64,000 bases of DNA, taken from assembly GCF_009914755.1 (NCBI RefSeq), contig NC_060933.1; one strand, 5' to 3'. The translations under genes and the position numbers were made by a program. The notes under the pieces were generated by a model, which made no database searches, was not told where the DNA came from, and saw only the letters and a program-made list of their open reading frames with translations. This stretch comes from the human T2T-CHM13v2.0 reference genome, Homo sapiens. Below are positions 12,606-28,345 of the stretch, piece by piece; position 1 is the first letter of the stretch; the number at the start of each line of letters is the position of its first letter.

Positions 12606-15600
12606 TTCCATTCCATTGCATTCCATTCCATTCCATTCCCCTGCACTCGGGTTGATTCCATTCCATTCCACTCCATTCCGTTCCATTCCATTCCATTCCA
12701 TTGTATTCGTTTTAATTCCATTCCATTCCATTCCATTGCATTCCATTCCATTCCAGTCCTCTCCATTCCATTCCACACGGGTTGATTCCATTCTATTAGT
12801 TTCCATTCCATTCCACTCCTTTCCATTCCACTCTGGTTGATTCCTTTCCTTTCCATTCCACCCGAAAATATTCCCTCCTATTCCACTCGGAACGATTCCA
12901 TTCCATTCCATTCCATTCCATTCCATTCCATTCCATTCCGTTCCATTCCATTCCATTCCATTTCGTTCCATTCCATTCTATTCCGTATCTTTCCATTCCA
13001 TTCCATTCCATTCCTTTCCATTCAATTCCTTTCCATTACAATTCGTTCCATTCCATTCTGTTCCGTACCATTCCATTCCATTCCATACCATTCCATTCCA
13101 TTCCATTCCATTCCATTCCGTTCCATTCCGTTCCATTCCATTCCATTCCATTCCATTCGGATTAATTCCATTCCATTCCATTCCATTCCATTCTATTCCA
13201 TTGCATTGCAATCGAGTTGAATCCATTCCATTCCATTCCATTCCATTCCATTCCATTCCGGAAGATTCCATTCCATTGCATTCCATTCCATTCCATTCCC
13301 CTGCACTCGCGTTGATTCCATTCCATTCCATTACATTCCATTCCATTCCGTTCCGTTCCGTTCCATTCCATTCCGTTCCATTCCATTCCATTCCGTTCCG
13401 TTCCATTCCATTCCATTCCATTCTATTCGGGTTAATTCCATTCCATTCCATTCGATTGCAATCGAGTTGATTCCATTCCATTCCATTCCATTCCATTCCA
13501 TTCCATTCCATTCCATTCCTTTCCATTCCATTACGGATGATTCCATTCCATTGCATTCCATTCCATTCCATTCCCCTGTACTCGGGTTGATTCCATTCCA
13601 TTCCATTCCAATCCATGCCATTCCACTCGTGTTGATTCCATTCTTTCCATTCCATTCAAGTTGAATCCATTCCATTGCATTCCATTCCATTCGATTCCAT
13701 TCGATTGCACTCGGGTTGATTCCATTCCATTGCATTCCATTCCATTCCATTCCATTCCATTCCATTCCGTTCCGTTCCATTCCATTCCATTACATTCGCA
13801 TTAATTCTATTCAATTCCCTTACACTCCATTACATTCCATTCCATTCGGGTAGTTTCCATTCCATTCCATTCCATTCCTCTCCATTCCATTGCACTCGGG
13901 TTGATTCCATTCCATTGCATTCCATTCTATTCCATTCAATTCCATTCCGTTCCATTCCATTCCATTACATTCGGATTGATTCTATTCAACTCCCTTACTC
14001 TCCATTACATTCCATTCCATTCGGGTTGTTCCATTCCATTCCATTCCATTCCACTCCATTCCATTGCACTCGGGTTGATTCCATTCCATTCCATTCCATT
14101 CCATTCCATTCCATTCCATTCCGGAAGATTCCATTCTATTGCATTCCATTCCATTCCATTCCCCTGCACTCGCGTTGATTCCATTCCATTCCATTCTATT
14201 CAATTCCATTCCCTTCCTTTCCGTTCCATTCCATTCCATTCAATTCCATTCCATTCCGTTCCATTCCATTCCATTCCATTCCATTCTATTCTGCTAATTC
14301 CATTCCATTCCATTCGATTGCAATCGAGTTGATTCCATTCCATTCCATTCCATTCCATTCCATTCCTTTCCATTCCCTTACGGATGATTCCATTCCATTG
14401 CATTCCATTCCATTCTATTCCCCTGTACTCGGGTTGATTCCATTCCATTCCATTCCAATCCATGCCATTCCACTCGTGTTGATTCCATTCTTTCCATTCC
14501 ATTCAAGTTGAATCCATTCCATTGCATTCCATTCCATTCGATTCCATTCGATTGCACTCGGGTTGATTCCATTCCATTGCATTCCATTCCATTCCATTCC
14601 ATTCCATTGCATTCCATTCCATTCCATTCCATTCCATTGCATTCCATTCCGTTCCATTCCATTTCATTACATTCAGATTTATTCTATTCAATTCCCTTAC
14701 ACTCCATTATATTCCAATCCATTCTGGTTGTTTCCATTCCATTCCATTCCATTTCACTCCATTCCCTTGCACTCGGGTTGATTCCATTCCATTCCATTCC
14801 ATTGCATTCCATTCCATTCCATTCCGGATCATTCCATTCCATTGCATTCCATTCCACTCCATTCCCCTGCACTCGGGTTGATTCCATTCCATTCCATTCC
14901 ATTACATTCCGTTCCATTCCATTCCATTCCATTCGGATTGATTCTATTCAATTCCCCTACACTCCATTACATTCCATTCCATTCGGGTAGTTTCCATTCC
15001 ATTCCATTCCATTCCTCTCCATTCCATTGCACTCGGGTTGATTCCATTCCATTCCATTCCATTCCATTCTATTCCATTACATTACCTTCCATTCCATTCC
15101 GTTCCATTGTACTCGGGTTGATTCCATTCCATTGCATTCCATTCCATTCCATTCCATTCCATTCCATTCCATTCCGTTCCATTCCATTACATTTGGATTG
15201 ATTCTATTCAACTCCCTTACTCTCCATTACATTCCATTCCATTCGGGTGGTTCCATTCCATTCCATTCCATTCCACTCCATTCCATTGCACTCGGGTTGA
15301 TTCCATTCCATTCCATTCCATTCCATTCCATTCCATTCCATTCCATTCCATTCTGGATGATTCCATGCCATTGCATTCCGTTCCATTACATTCCCCTGCA
15401 CTCGGGTTGATTCCATTCCATTCCATTCCATTCCATTCGATTCCATTCCATTCCAATTCTTTCCATTCCATTCTATTCCGTACCATGCCATTCCATTCCA
15501 TACAATTCCATTCCTTTCCATTCCACTCCGTTCCGTTCCGTTCCGTTCCGTTCCATTCCATTCCATTCCATTCTATTCAGTTTAATTCCATTCCATTCCA

Positions 15601-18600
15601 TTCCATTCCATTCTATTCCATTCCATTGCAATCGAGTTGAATCCATTGCATTCCATTCCATTCCATTCCATTCCATTCCATTCCGGAAGATTCCATTCCA
15701 TTGCATTCCATTCCATTCCATTCCATTCCATTCCATTCCATTCCATTGTACTCAGGTTGTTTCCATTCCACTGCTTTCCATTCCATTCCATTCCATTCTA
15801 TTCCATTCCATTCCGTTCCATTCCATTCCATTACATTCGGATTGATTCTTTTCAACTCCTTTACTCTCCATTACATTCCATTCCATTCGGGTTGTTCCAT
15901 TCCATTCCATTCCATTCCACTCCATTCCATTGCACTCGGGTTGATTCCATTCCATTCCATTCCATTCCATTCCGGATGATTCCATTCCATTGCATTCCGT
16001 TCCATTACATTCCCCTGCAATCGGGTTGATTCCATTCCATTCCATTCCATTCCATTCGATTCCATTCCATTCCCCTGCACTCGCGTTGATTCCATTCCAT
16101 TCCATTCCATTCCATTCCATTCCATTCCATTCCATTCCTTTCCATTCCAGTCCTTTCCATTCCATTCCACTCGGGTTGATTCCATTCTATTAGTTTCCAT
16201 TCCATTCCATTCCCTTCCATTCTACTCTGGTTGATTCCATTCCTTTCCATTCCACTCGAATACATTCCCTCCTATTCCACTCGGAACGATTCCATTCCAT
16301 TCCATTCCATTCCATTCCATTCCATTCCATTCCTTTCCATTCCATTACGGATGATTCCATTCCATTGCATTCCATTCCATTCCATTCCCCTGTACTCGGG
16401 TTGATTCCATTCCATTCCATTCCATTCCATTCCATTCCATTCCATTCCATTCCATTCCGTTCCGTTCCATTCCATTCCCTTACATTCGGATTGATTCTAT
16501 TCAATTCCCTTACACTCCATTCCATTCCATTCCATTCGGGTAGTTTCCATTCCATTCCATTCCATTCCTCTCCATTCCATTGCACTCGGGTTGATTCCAT
16601 TCCATTGCATTCCATTCCATTCCATTCAATTCCATTCCGTTCCATTCCATTCCATTACATTCGGATTGATTCTATTCAACTCCCTTACTCTCCATTACAT
16701 TCCATTCCATTCGGGTTGTTCCATTCCATTCCATTCCATTCCACTCCATTCCATTGCACTCGGGTTGATTCCATTCCATTCCATTCCATTCCATTCCATT
16801 CCGTTCCGGAAGATTCCATTCCATTGCATTCCATTCCATTCCATTCCCCTACACTCGAGTTGATTCCATTCCATTCCATTCTATTCCATTGCATTCCCTT
16901 CCTTTCCGTTCCATTCCATTCCATTCCATTCCATTCCGTTCCGTTCCATTCCATTCCATTCCATTCTATTCGGGTTAATTCCGTTCCATTCCATTCGATT
17001 GCAATCGAGTTGATTCCATTCCATTCCATTCCATTCCATTCCATTCCATTCCATTCCATTCCATTCCATTCATTTCCATTCCATTACAGATGACTCCATT
17101 CCATTGCATTCCGTTCCATTACATTCCCCTGCACTCGGGTTGATTCCATTGCATTCCATTCCATTCCATTCGATTCCATTCCATTCCAATTCTTTCCATT
17201 CCATTCTATTCCGTACCATGCCATTCCATTCTATACAATTCCATTCCATTCCATTCCACTCCGTTCCGTTCCGTTCCGTTCCGTTCCGTTCCATTCCTTT
17301 CCATTCCATTCTATTCGGTTTAATTCCATTCCATTCCATTCCATTCCATTCCATTCTATTCCATTCCATTGCAACCGAGTTGAATCCATTGCATTCCATT
17401 CCATTCTATTCCATTCCATTCCATTCCATTCCGGAAGATTCCATTCCATTGCATTCCATTCCATTCCATTCCTTTCCATTCCATTCCATTCCATTGTACT
17501 CGGGTTGATTCCATTCCATTGCATTCCATTCCATTCCATTCCATTACATTCCATTCCATTACATTCGGATTGATTCTTTTCAACTCCCTTACTCTCCATT
17601 ACATTCCATTCCATTCGGGTTGTTCCATTCCATTTCATTCCATTCCACTCCATTCCATGGCACTCGGGTTGATTCCATTCCAATCCATTCCATTCCATTC
17701 CGGATGATTCCATTCCATTGCATTCCGTTCCATTACATTCCCCTGCACTCGGGTTGATTCCATTCCATTCCATTCCATTCCATTCGATTCCATTCCATTC
17801 CCCTGCACTCGCGTTCATTCCATTCCATTCCATTCCATTCCTTTCCATTCCAGTCCTTTCCATTCCATTCCACTCGGGTTGATTCCATTCTATTAGTTTC
17901 CATTTCATTCCATTCCCTTCCATTCTACTCTGGTTGATTCCATTCCTTTCCATTCCACTCGAATACATTCCTTCCTATTCCACTCGGAACGATTCCATTC
18001 CATTCCATTCCATTCCATTCCATTCCATTCCATTCCATTCCATTCCATTCCATTTCATTCCATTCCATTCTATTCCGTATCATTCCATTCCACTCCATTC
18101 CATTCCATTCCATTCCATTCCATTCCACTCGTGTTGATTCCATTCCTTTCCATTCCATTCGGTTTGAAGGCATTCCAATCCATTCCATTCCATTCCATTC
18201 CATTCCATTCCATTCCATTGTACTCGGGTTTATTCCATTCCATTGCATTCCATTCCATTCCATTGCATTCCATTCCGTTGCATTCCATTCCATTACATTC
18301 GGATTGATTCTATTCAACTCCCTTACTCTCCATTACATTCCATTCCATTCGGGTTGTTCCATTCCATTCCATTCCATTCCACTCCATTCCATTGCACTCG
18401 GGTTGATTCCATTCCATTCCATTCCATTCCATTCCATTCCGGATGATTCCATTCCATTGCATTCCGTTCCATTACATTCCCCTGCACACGCGTTGATTCG
18501 ATTCCATTCCATTCCATTCAATTCCATTCCATTACAATTCGTTCCATTCCATTCTATTCCGTACCATTCCATTCCATACCATTCCATTCCATTCCATTCC

Positions 18601-20470
18601 ATTCTATTCCATTCCGTTCCGTTCCATTCCGTTCCATTCCATTCCATTCCATTCTATTCGGATTAATTCCATTCCATTCCATTCCATTCCATTCTATTCC
18701 ATTCCATTGCAATCGAGTTGAATCCATTGCATTTCATTCCATTCCATTCCATTCCATTCCGGAAGATTCCATAACATTGCATTCCATTCCATTGCATTCC
18801 CCTGCACTCGCGTTGATTCTTTTCCATTCCATTCCATTCCATTCCGTTCCATTCCATTCCATTCCATTCCATTCCATTCCATTCCGTTGCGTTCCATTCC
18901 AGTCCATTCCATTCTATTCGGGTTAATTCCATTCCATTCCATTCGATTGCAATCGAGTTGATTCCATTCCATTCCATTCCATTCCATTCCATTCCATTCC
19001 ATTCCATTCCATTCCATTCCTTTCCATTCCATTACGGATGATTCCATTCCATTGCATTCCATTCCATTCCATTCCCTTGTACTCGGGTTGATTCCATTCC
19101 ATTCCATTCCAATACATGCCATTCCACTCGTGTTGATTCCATTCTTTCCATTCCATTCAAGTTGAATCCATTCCATTGCATTCCATTCCATTCGATTCCA
19201 TTCGATTGCACTCGGGTTGATTCCATTCCATTGCATTCCATTCCATTCCATTCCATTACATTCGGATTGATTCTATTGAATTCCCTTACACTCCATTCCA
19301 TTCCATTCCATTGGGGTAGTTTCCATTCCATTCCATTCCATTCCTCTCCATTCCATTGCACTCGGGTTGATTCCATTCCATTGCATTCCATTCTATTTCA
19401 TTCCATTCCATTCCGTTCCGTTCCATTCCATTCCATTACATTCGGATTGATTCTATTCAACTCCCTTACTCTCCATTACATTCCATTCCATTCGAGTTGT
19501 TCCATTCCATTCCATTCCATTCCACTTCATTCCATTGCACTCAGGTTGATTCCATTCCATTCCATTCCATTCCGGAAGATTCCATTCCATTGCATTCCAT
19601 TACTTTCCATTACCCTGCACTCGCGTTGATTCCATTCCATTCCATTCCATTCCATTCGATTCCTTTCCGTTCCATTCCATTCCATTCCATTCCATTCCGT
19701 TCCGTTCCGTTCCAATCCATTCCATTCCATTCTATTCGGGTTAATTCCATTCCATTTCATTCGATTGCAATCGAGTTGATTCCATTCCATTCCATTCCAT
19801 TCCATTCCATTCCATTCCATTCCATTCCATTCCATTACGGATGATTCCATTCCATTGCATTCCATTCCATTCCATTCCCCTGTATTCGGGTTGATTCCAT
19901 TCCATTCCATTCCAATCCATGCCATTCCACTCGTGTTGATTCCATTCTTTCCATTCCATTCAAGTTGAATCCATTCCATTGCATTCCATTCCATTCTATT
20001 CCATTCGATTGCACTCGGGTTGATTCCATTCCATTGCATTCCATTCCATTCCATTTCATTCCATTCCATTCCTTTCCATTCCATTCCATTCCATTCAATT
20101 CCATTGCAATCGAGTTGATTCCATTCCATTCCTTTCCATTCCATTCCATTGCCTTGCATTCCACTCGGGTTGATTCCATTCCCTTCTTTCCACTCCATTA
20201 CATTCCCTTCCATTTCACTCGCAATGATTGACTCCATTCCATTCCATTCCATTTCATTCCATTGCAATCCATTCCAATCCATTCCATTCCATTCCATTCC
20301 ACTCGAGTTGATTTCATTCCATTCCATTCCATTCCTTTCCACTCGAGTTGATTCCATTCCATGCCATTCCATTGCATTCCATTCAATGCCATTCCACTCG
20401 CGTTGATTCCATTCCATTCCATTCCATTCCATTCCATTCCATTCCATTGCATTCCATTCCATTCCATTCC
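12606..20470. repeat. ~7.85 kb tandem duplication, copy 1
   Basis: Rare markers occur twice at a near-constant offset: CCCGAAAATA 12861/20692, GGATCATTCC 14826/22682, ATAACATTGC 18771/26632, TTGGGGTAGT 19311/27162, GCAATGATTG 20221/~28067. Confidence 0.95.
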
Positions 20471-23400
20471 CCTGCACTCGGGTTGATTCCATTCCATTCC
20501 ACTCCATTCCGTTCCATTCCATTCCATTCCATTGTATTCGTTTTAATTCCATTCCATTCCATTCCATTGCATTCCATTCCATTCCAGTCCTCTCCATTCC
20601 ATTCCACACGGGTTGATTCCATTCTATTAGTTTCCATTCCATTCCACTCCTTTCCATTCCACTCTGGTTGATTCCATTCCTTTCCATTCCACCCGAAAAT
20701 ATTCCCTCCTATTCCACTCGGAACGATTCCATTCCATTCCATTCCATTCCATTCCATTCCATTCCATTCCGTTCCATTCCATTCCATTCCATTTCGTTCC
20801 ATTCCATTCTATTCCGTATCTTTCCATTCCATTCCATTCCATTCCATTCCATTCCTTTCCATTCAATTCCTTTCCATTACAATTCGTTCCATTCCATTCT
20901 GTTCCGTACCATTCCATTCCATTCCATACCATTCCATTCCATTCCATTCCATTCCATTCCGTTCCATTCCGTTCCATTCCATTCCATTCCATTCCATTCG
21001 GATTAATTCCATTCCATTCCATTCCATTCCATTCTATTCCATTGCATTGCAATCGAGTTGAATCCATTCCATTCCATTCCATTCCATTCCATTCCATTCC
21101 GGAAGATTCCATTCCATTGCATTCCATTCCATTCCATTCCCCTGCACTCGCGTTGATTCCATTCCATTCCATTACATTCCATTCCATTCCGTTCCGTTCC
21201 GTTCCATTCCATTCCGTTCCATTCCATTCCATTCCGTTCCGTTCCATTCCATTCCATTCCATTCTATTCGGGTTAATTCCATTCCATTCCATTCGATTGC
21301 AATCGAGTTGATTCCATTCCATTCCATTCCATTCCATTCCATTCCATTCCATTCCATTCCTTTCCATTCCATTACGGATGATTCCATTCCATTGCATTCC
21401 ATTCCATTCCATTCCCCAGTACTCGGGTTGATTCCATTCCATTCCATTCCAATCCATGCCATTCCACTCGTGTTGATTCCATTCTTTCCATTCCATTCAA
21501 GTTGAATCCATTCCATTGCATTCCATTCCATTCGATTCCATTCGATTGCACTCGGGTTGATTCCATTCCATTGCATTCCATTCCATTCCATTCCATTCCA
21601 TTCCATTCCGTTCCGTTCCATTCCATTCCATTACATTCGCATTGATTCTATTCAATTCCCTTACACTCCATTACATTCCATTCCATTCGGGTAGTTTCCA
21701 TTCCATTCCATTCCATTCCTCTCCATTCCATTGCACTCGGGTTGATTCCATTCCATTGCATTCCATTCTATTCCATTCAATTCCATTCCGTTCCATTCCA
21801 TTCCATTACATTCGGATTGATTCTATTCAACTCCCTTACTCTCCATTACATTCCATTCCATTCGGGTTGTTCCATTCCATTCCATTCCATTCCACTCCAT
21901 TCCATTGCACTCGGGTTGATTCCATTCCATTCCATTCCATTCCATTCCATTCCATTCCATTCCGGAAGATTCCATTCTATTGCATTCCATTCCATTCCAT
22001 TCCCCTGCACTCGCGTTGATTCCATTCCATTCCATTCTATTCAATTCCATTCCCTTCCTTTCCGTTCCATTCCATTCCATTCAATTCCATTCCATTCCGT
22101 TCCATTCCATTCCATTCCATTCCATTCTATTCTGTTAATTCCATTCCATTCCATTCGATTGCAATCGAGTTGATTCCATTCCATTCCATTCCATTCCATT
22201 CCATTCCATTCCATTCCATTCCTTTCCATTCCCTTACGGATGATTCCATTCCATTGCATTCCATTCCATTCTATTCCCCTGTACTCGGGTTGATTCCATT
22301 CCATTCCATTCCAATCCATGCCATTCCACTCGTGTTGATTCCATTCTTTCCATTCCATTCAAGTTGAATCCATTCCATTGCATTCCATTCCATTCGATTC
22401 CATTCGATTGCACTCGGGTTGATTCCATTCCATTGCATTCCATTCCATTCCATTCCATTCCATTGCATTCCATTCCATTCCATTCCATTCCATTGCATTC
22501 CATTCCGTTCCATTCCATTTCATTACATTCAGATTTATTCTATTCAATTCCCTTACACTCCATTATATTCCAATCCATTCTGGTTGTTTCCATTCCATTC
22601 CATTCCATTTCACTCCATTCCCTTGCACTCGGGTTGATTCCATTCCATTCCATTCCATTGCATTCCATTCCATTCCATTCCGGATCATTCCATTCCATTG
22701 CATTCCATTCCACTCCATTCCCCTGCACTCGGGTTGATTCCATTCCATTCCATTCCATTACATTCCGTTCCATTCCATTCCATTCCATTCGGATTGATTC
22801 TATTCAATTCCCCTACACTCCATTACATTCCATTCCATTCGGGTAGTTTCCATTCCATTCCATTCCATTCCTCTCCATTCCATTGCACTCGGGTTGATTC
22901 CATTCCATTCCATTCCATTCCATTCTATTCCATTACATTACCTTCCATTCCATTCCGTTCCATTGTACTCGGGTTGATTCCATTCCATTGCATTCCATTC
23001 CATTCCATTCCATTCCATTCCATTCCATTCCATTCCATTCCGTTCCATTCCATTACATTCGGATTGATTCTATTCAACTCCCTTACTCTCCATTACATTC
23101 CATTCCATTCGGGTGGTTCCATTCCATTCCATTCCATTCCACTCCATTCCATTGCACTCGGGTTGATTCCATTCCATTCCATTCCATTCCATTCCATTCC
23201 ATTCCATTCCGGATGATTCCATGCCATTGCATTCCGTTCCATTACATTCCCCTGCACTCGGGTTGATTCCATTCCATTCCATTCCATTCCATTCGATTCC
23301 ATTCCATTCCAATTCTTTCCATTCCATTCTATTCTGTACCATGCCATTCCATTCCATACAATTCCATTCCTTTCCATTCCACTCCGTTCCGTTCCGTTCC

Positions 23401-26400
23401 GTTCCGTTCCATTCCATTCCATTCCATTCTATTCAGTTTAATTCCATTCCATTCCATTCCATTCCATTCTATTCCATTCCATTGCAATCGAGTTGAATCC
23501 ATTGCATTCCATTCCATTCCATTCCATTCCATTCCATTCCGGAAGATTCCATTCCATTGCATTCCATTCCATTCCATTCCATTCCATTCCATTCCATTCC
23601 ATTCCATTGTACTCGGGTTGTTTCCATTCCACTGCTTTCCATTCCATTCCATTCCATTCTATTCCATTCCATTCCGTTCCATTCCATTCCATTACATTCG
23701 GATTGATTCTTTTCAACTCCTTTACTCTCCATTACTTTCCATTCCATTCGGGTTGTTCCATTCCATTCCATTCCATTCCACTCCATTCCATTGCACTCGG
23801 GTTGATTCCATTCCATTCCATTCCATTCCATTCCGGATGATTCCATTCCATTGCATTCCGTTCCATTACATTCCCCTGCACTCGGGTTGATTCCATTCCA
23901 TTCCATTCCATTCCATTCGATTCCATTCCATTCCCCTGCACTCGCGTTGATTCCATTCCATTCCATTCCATTCCATTCCATTCCATTCCATTCCATTCCT
24001 TTCCATTCCAGTCCTTTCCATTCCATTCCACTCGGGTTGATTCCATTCTATCAGTTTCCATTCCATTCCATTCCCTTCCATTCTACTCTGGTTGATTCCA
24101 TTCCTTTCCATTCCACTCGAATACATTCCCTCCTATTCCACTCGGAACGATTCCATTCCATTCCATTCCATTCCATTCCATTCCATTCCATTCCATTCCA
24201 TTCCTTTCCATTCCATTACGGATGATTCCATTCCATTGCATTCCATTCCATTCCATTCCCCTGTACTCGGGTTGATTCCATTCCATTGCATTCCATTCCA
24301 TTCCATTCCATTCCATTCCATTCCATTCCATTCCATTCCGTTCCGTTCCATTCCATTCCCTTACATTCGGATTGATTCTATTCAATTCCCTTACACTCCA
24401 TTCCATTCCATTCCATTCGGGTAGTTTCCATTCCATTCCATTCCATTCCTCTCCATTCCATTGCACTCGGGTTGATTCCATTCCATTGCATTCCATTCCA
24501 TTCCATTCAATTCCATTCCGTTCCATTCCATTCCATTACATTCGGATTGATTCTATTCAACCCCCTTACTCTCCATTACATTCCATTCCATTCGGGTTGT
24601 TCCATTCCATTCCATTCCATTCCACTCCATTCCATTGCACTCGGGTTGATTCCATTCCTTTCCATTCCATTCCATTCCATTCCGTTCCGGAAGATTCCAT
24701 TCCATTGCATTCCATTCCATTCCATTCCCCTACACTCGAGTTGATTCCATTCCATTCCATTCTATTCCATTGCATTCCCTTCCTTTCCGTTCCATTCCAT
24801 TCCATTCCATTCCATTCCGTTCCGTTCCATTCCATTCCATTCCATTCTATTCGGGTTAATTCCGTTCCATTCCATTCGATTGCAATCGAGTTGATTCCAT
24901 TCCATTCCATTCCATTCCATTCCATTCCATTCCATTCCATTCATTTCCATTCCATTACGGATGACTCCATTCCATTGCATTCCGTTCCATTACATTCCCC
25001 TGCACTCGGGTTGATTCCATTGCATTCCATTCCATTCCATTCGATTCCATTCCATTCCAATTCTTTCCATTCCATTCTATTCCGTACCATGCCATTCCAT
25101 TCTATACAATTCCATTCCATTCCATTCCACTCCGTTCCGTTCCGTTCCGTTCCGTTCCGTTCCATTCCTTTCCATTCCATTCTATTCGGTTTAATTCCAT
25201 TCCATTCCATTCCATTCCATTCCATTCTATTCCATTCCATTGCAACCGAGTTGAATCCATTGCATTCCATTCCATTCTATTCCATTCCATTCCATTACAT
25301 TCCGGAAGATTCCATTCCATTGCATTCCATTCCATTCCATTCCTTTCCATTCCATTCCATTCCATTGTACTCGGGTTGATTCCATTCCATTGCATTCCAT
25401 TCCATTCCATTCCATTACATTCCATTCCATTACATTCGGATTGATTCTTTTCAACTCCCTTACTCTCCATTACATTCCATTCCATTCGGGTTGTTCCATT
25501 CCATTTCATTCCATTCCACTCCATTCCATGGCACTCGGGTTGATTCCATTCCAATCCATTCCATTCCATTCCGGATGATTCCATTCCATTGCATTCCGTT
25601 CCATTACATTCCCCTGCACTCGGGTTGATTCCATTCCATTCCATTCCATTCCATTCGATTCCATTCCATTCCCCTGCACTCGCGTTCATTCCATTCCATT
25701 CCATTCCATTCCTTTCCATTCCAGTCCTTTCCATTCCATTCCACTCGGGTTGATTCCATTCTATTAGTTTCCATTCCATTCCATTCCCTTCCATTCTACT
25801 CTGGTTGATTCCATTCCTTTCCATTCCACTCGAATACATTCCTTCCTATTCCACTCGGAACGATTCCATTCCATTCCATTCCATTCCATTCCATTCCATT
25901 CCATTCCATTCCATTTCGTTCCATTCCATTCTATTCCGTATCATTCCATTCCACTCCATTCCATTCCATTCCATTCCATTCCATTCCACTCGTGTTGATT
26001 CCATTCCTTTCCATTCCATTCGGTTTGAAGGCATTCCAATCCATTCCATTCCATTCCATTCCATTCCATTCCATTCCATTGTACTCGGGTTTATTCCATT
26101 CCATTGCATTCCATTCCATTCCATTGCATTCCATTCCGTTGCATTCCATTCCATTACATTCGGATTGATTCTATTCAACTCCCTTACTCTCCATTACATT
26201 CCATTCCATTCGGGTTGTTCCATTCCATTCCATTCCATTCCACTCCATTCCATTGCACTCGGGTTGATTCCATTCCATTCCATTCCATTCCATTCCATTC
26301 CGGATGATTCCATTCCATTGCATTCCGTTCCATTACATTCCCCTGCACACGCGTTGATTCGATTCCATTCCATTCCATTCAATTCCATTCCATTACAATT

Positions 26401-28345
26401 CGTTCCATTCCATTCTATTCCGTACCATTCCATTCCATACCATTCCATTCCATTCCATTCCATTCCATTCCATTCCATTCCGTTCCATTCCGTTCCATTC
26501 CATTCCATTCCATTCTATTCGGATTAATTCCATTCCATTCCATTCCATTCCATTCTATTCCATTCCATTGCAATCGAGTTGAATCCATTGCATTTCATTC
26601 CATTCCATTCCATTCCATTCCGGAAGATTCCATAACATTGCATTCCATTCCATTGCATTCCCCTGCACTCGCGTTGATTCTTTTCCATTCCATTCCATTC
26701 CATTCCGTTCCATTCCATTCCATTCCATTCCATTCCATTCCATTCCGTTGCGTTCCATTCCAGTCCATTCCATTCTATTCGGGTTAATTCCATTCCATTC
26801 CATTCGATTGCAATCGAGTTGATTCCATTCCATTCCATTCCATTCCATTCCATTCCATTCCATTCCATTCCTTTCCATTCCATTACGGATGATTCCATTC
26901 CATTGCATTCCATTCCATTCCATTCCCTTGTACTCGGGTTGATTCCATTCCATTCCATTCCAATACATGCCATTCCACTCGTGTTGATTCCATTCTTTCC
27001 ATTCCATTCAAGTTGAATCCATTCCATTGCATTCCATTCCATTCGATTCCATTCGATTGCACTCGGGTTGATTCCATTCCATTGCATTCCATTCCATTCC
27101 ATTCCATTACATTCGGATTGATTCTATTGAATTCCCTTACACTCCATTCCATTCCATTCCATTGGGGTAGTTTCCATTCCATTCCATTCCATTCCTCTCC
27201 ATTCCATTGCACTCGGGTTGATTCCATTCCATTGCATTCCATTCTATTTCATTCCATTCCATTCCGTTCCATTCCATTCCATTACATTCGGATTGATTCT
27301 ATTCAACTCCCTTACTCTCCATTACATTCCATTCCATTCGAGTTGTTCCATTCCATTCCATTCCATTCCACTTCATTCCATTGCACTCAGGTTGATTCCA
27401 TTCCATTCCATTCCATTCCGGAAGATTCCATTCCATTGCATTCCATTACTTTCCATTACCCTGCACTCGCGTTGATTCCATTCCATTCCATTCCATTCCA
27501 TTCGATTCCTTTCCGTTCCATTCCATTCCATTACATTCCATTCCGTTCCGTTCCGTTCCAATCCATTCCATTCCATTCTATTCGGGTTAATTCCATTCCA
27601 TTTCATTCGATTGCAATCGAGTTGATTCCATTCCATTCCATTCCATTCCATTCCATTCCATTCCATTCCATTCCATTCCATTACGGATGATTCCATTCCA
27701 TTGCATTCCATTCCATTCCATTCCCCTGTATTCGGGTTGATTCCATTCCATTCCATTCCAATCCATGCCATTCCACTCGTGTTGATTCCATTCTTTCCAT
27801 TCCATTCAAGTTGAATCCATTCCATTGCATTCCATTCCATTCTATTCCATTCGATTGCACTCGGGTTGATTCCATTCCATTGCATTCCATTCCATTCCAT
27901 TTCATTCCATTCCATTCCTTTCCATTCCATTCCATTCCATTCAATTCCATTGCAATCGAGTTGATTCCATTCCATTCCTTTCCATTCCATTCCATTGCCT
28001 TGCATTCCACTCGGGTTGATTCCATTCCCTTCTTTCCACTCCATTACATTCCCTTCCATTTCACTCGCAATGATTGATTCCATTCCATTCCATTCCATTT
28101 CATTCCATTGCAATCCATTCCAATCCATTCCATTCCATTCCATTCCACTCGAGTTGATTTCATTCCATTCCATTCCATTCCTTTCCACTCGAGTTGATTC
28201 CATTCCATGCCATTCCATTGCATTCCATTCAATGCCATTCCACTCGCGTTGATTCCATTCCATTCCATTCCATTCCATTCCATTCCATTCCATTGCATTC
28301 CATTCCATTCCATTCCCCTGCACTCGGGTTGATTCCATTCCATTC
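20471..28345. repeat. ~7.85 kb tandem duplication, copy 2
   Basis: Collinear with 12606-20500. The ORF track also repeats (e.g. 13331..13780 = 21172..21621; 14508..14990 = 22364..22846). Similarity ends at ~28345, just before CATTTAATTC. Confidence 0.95.
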
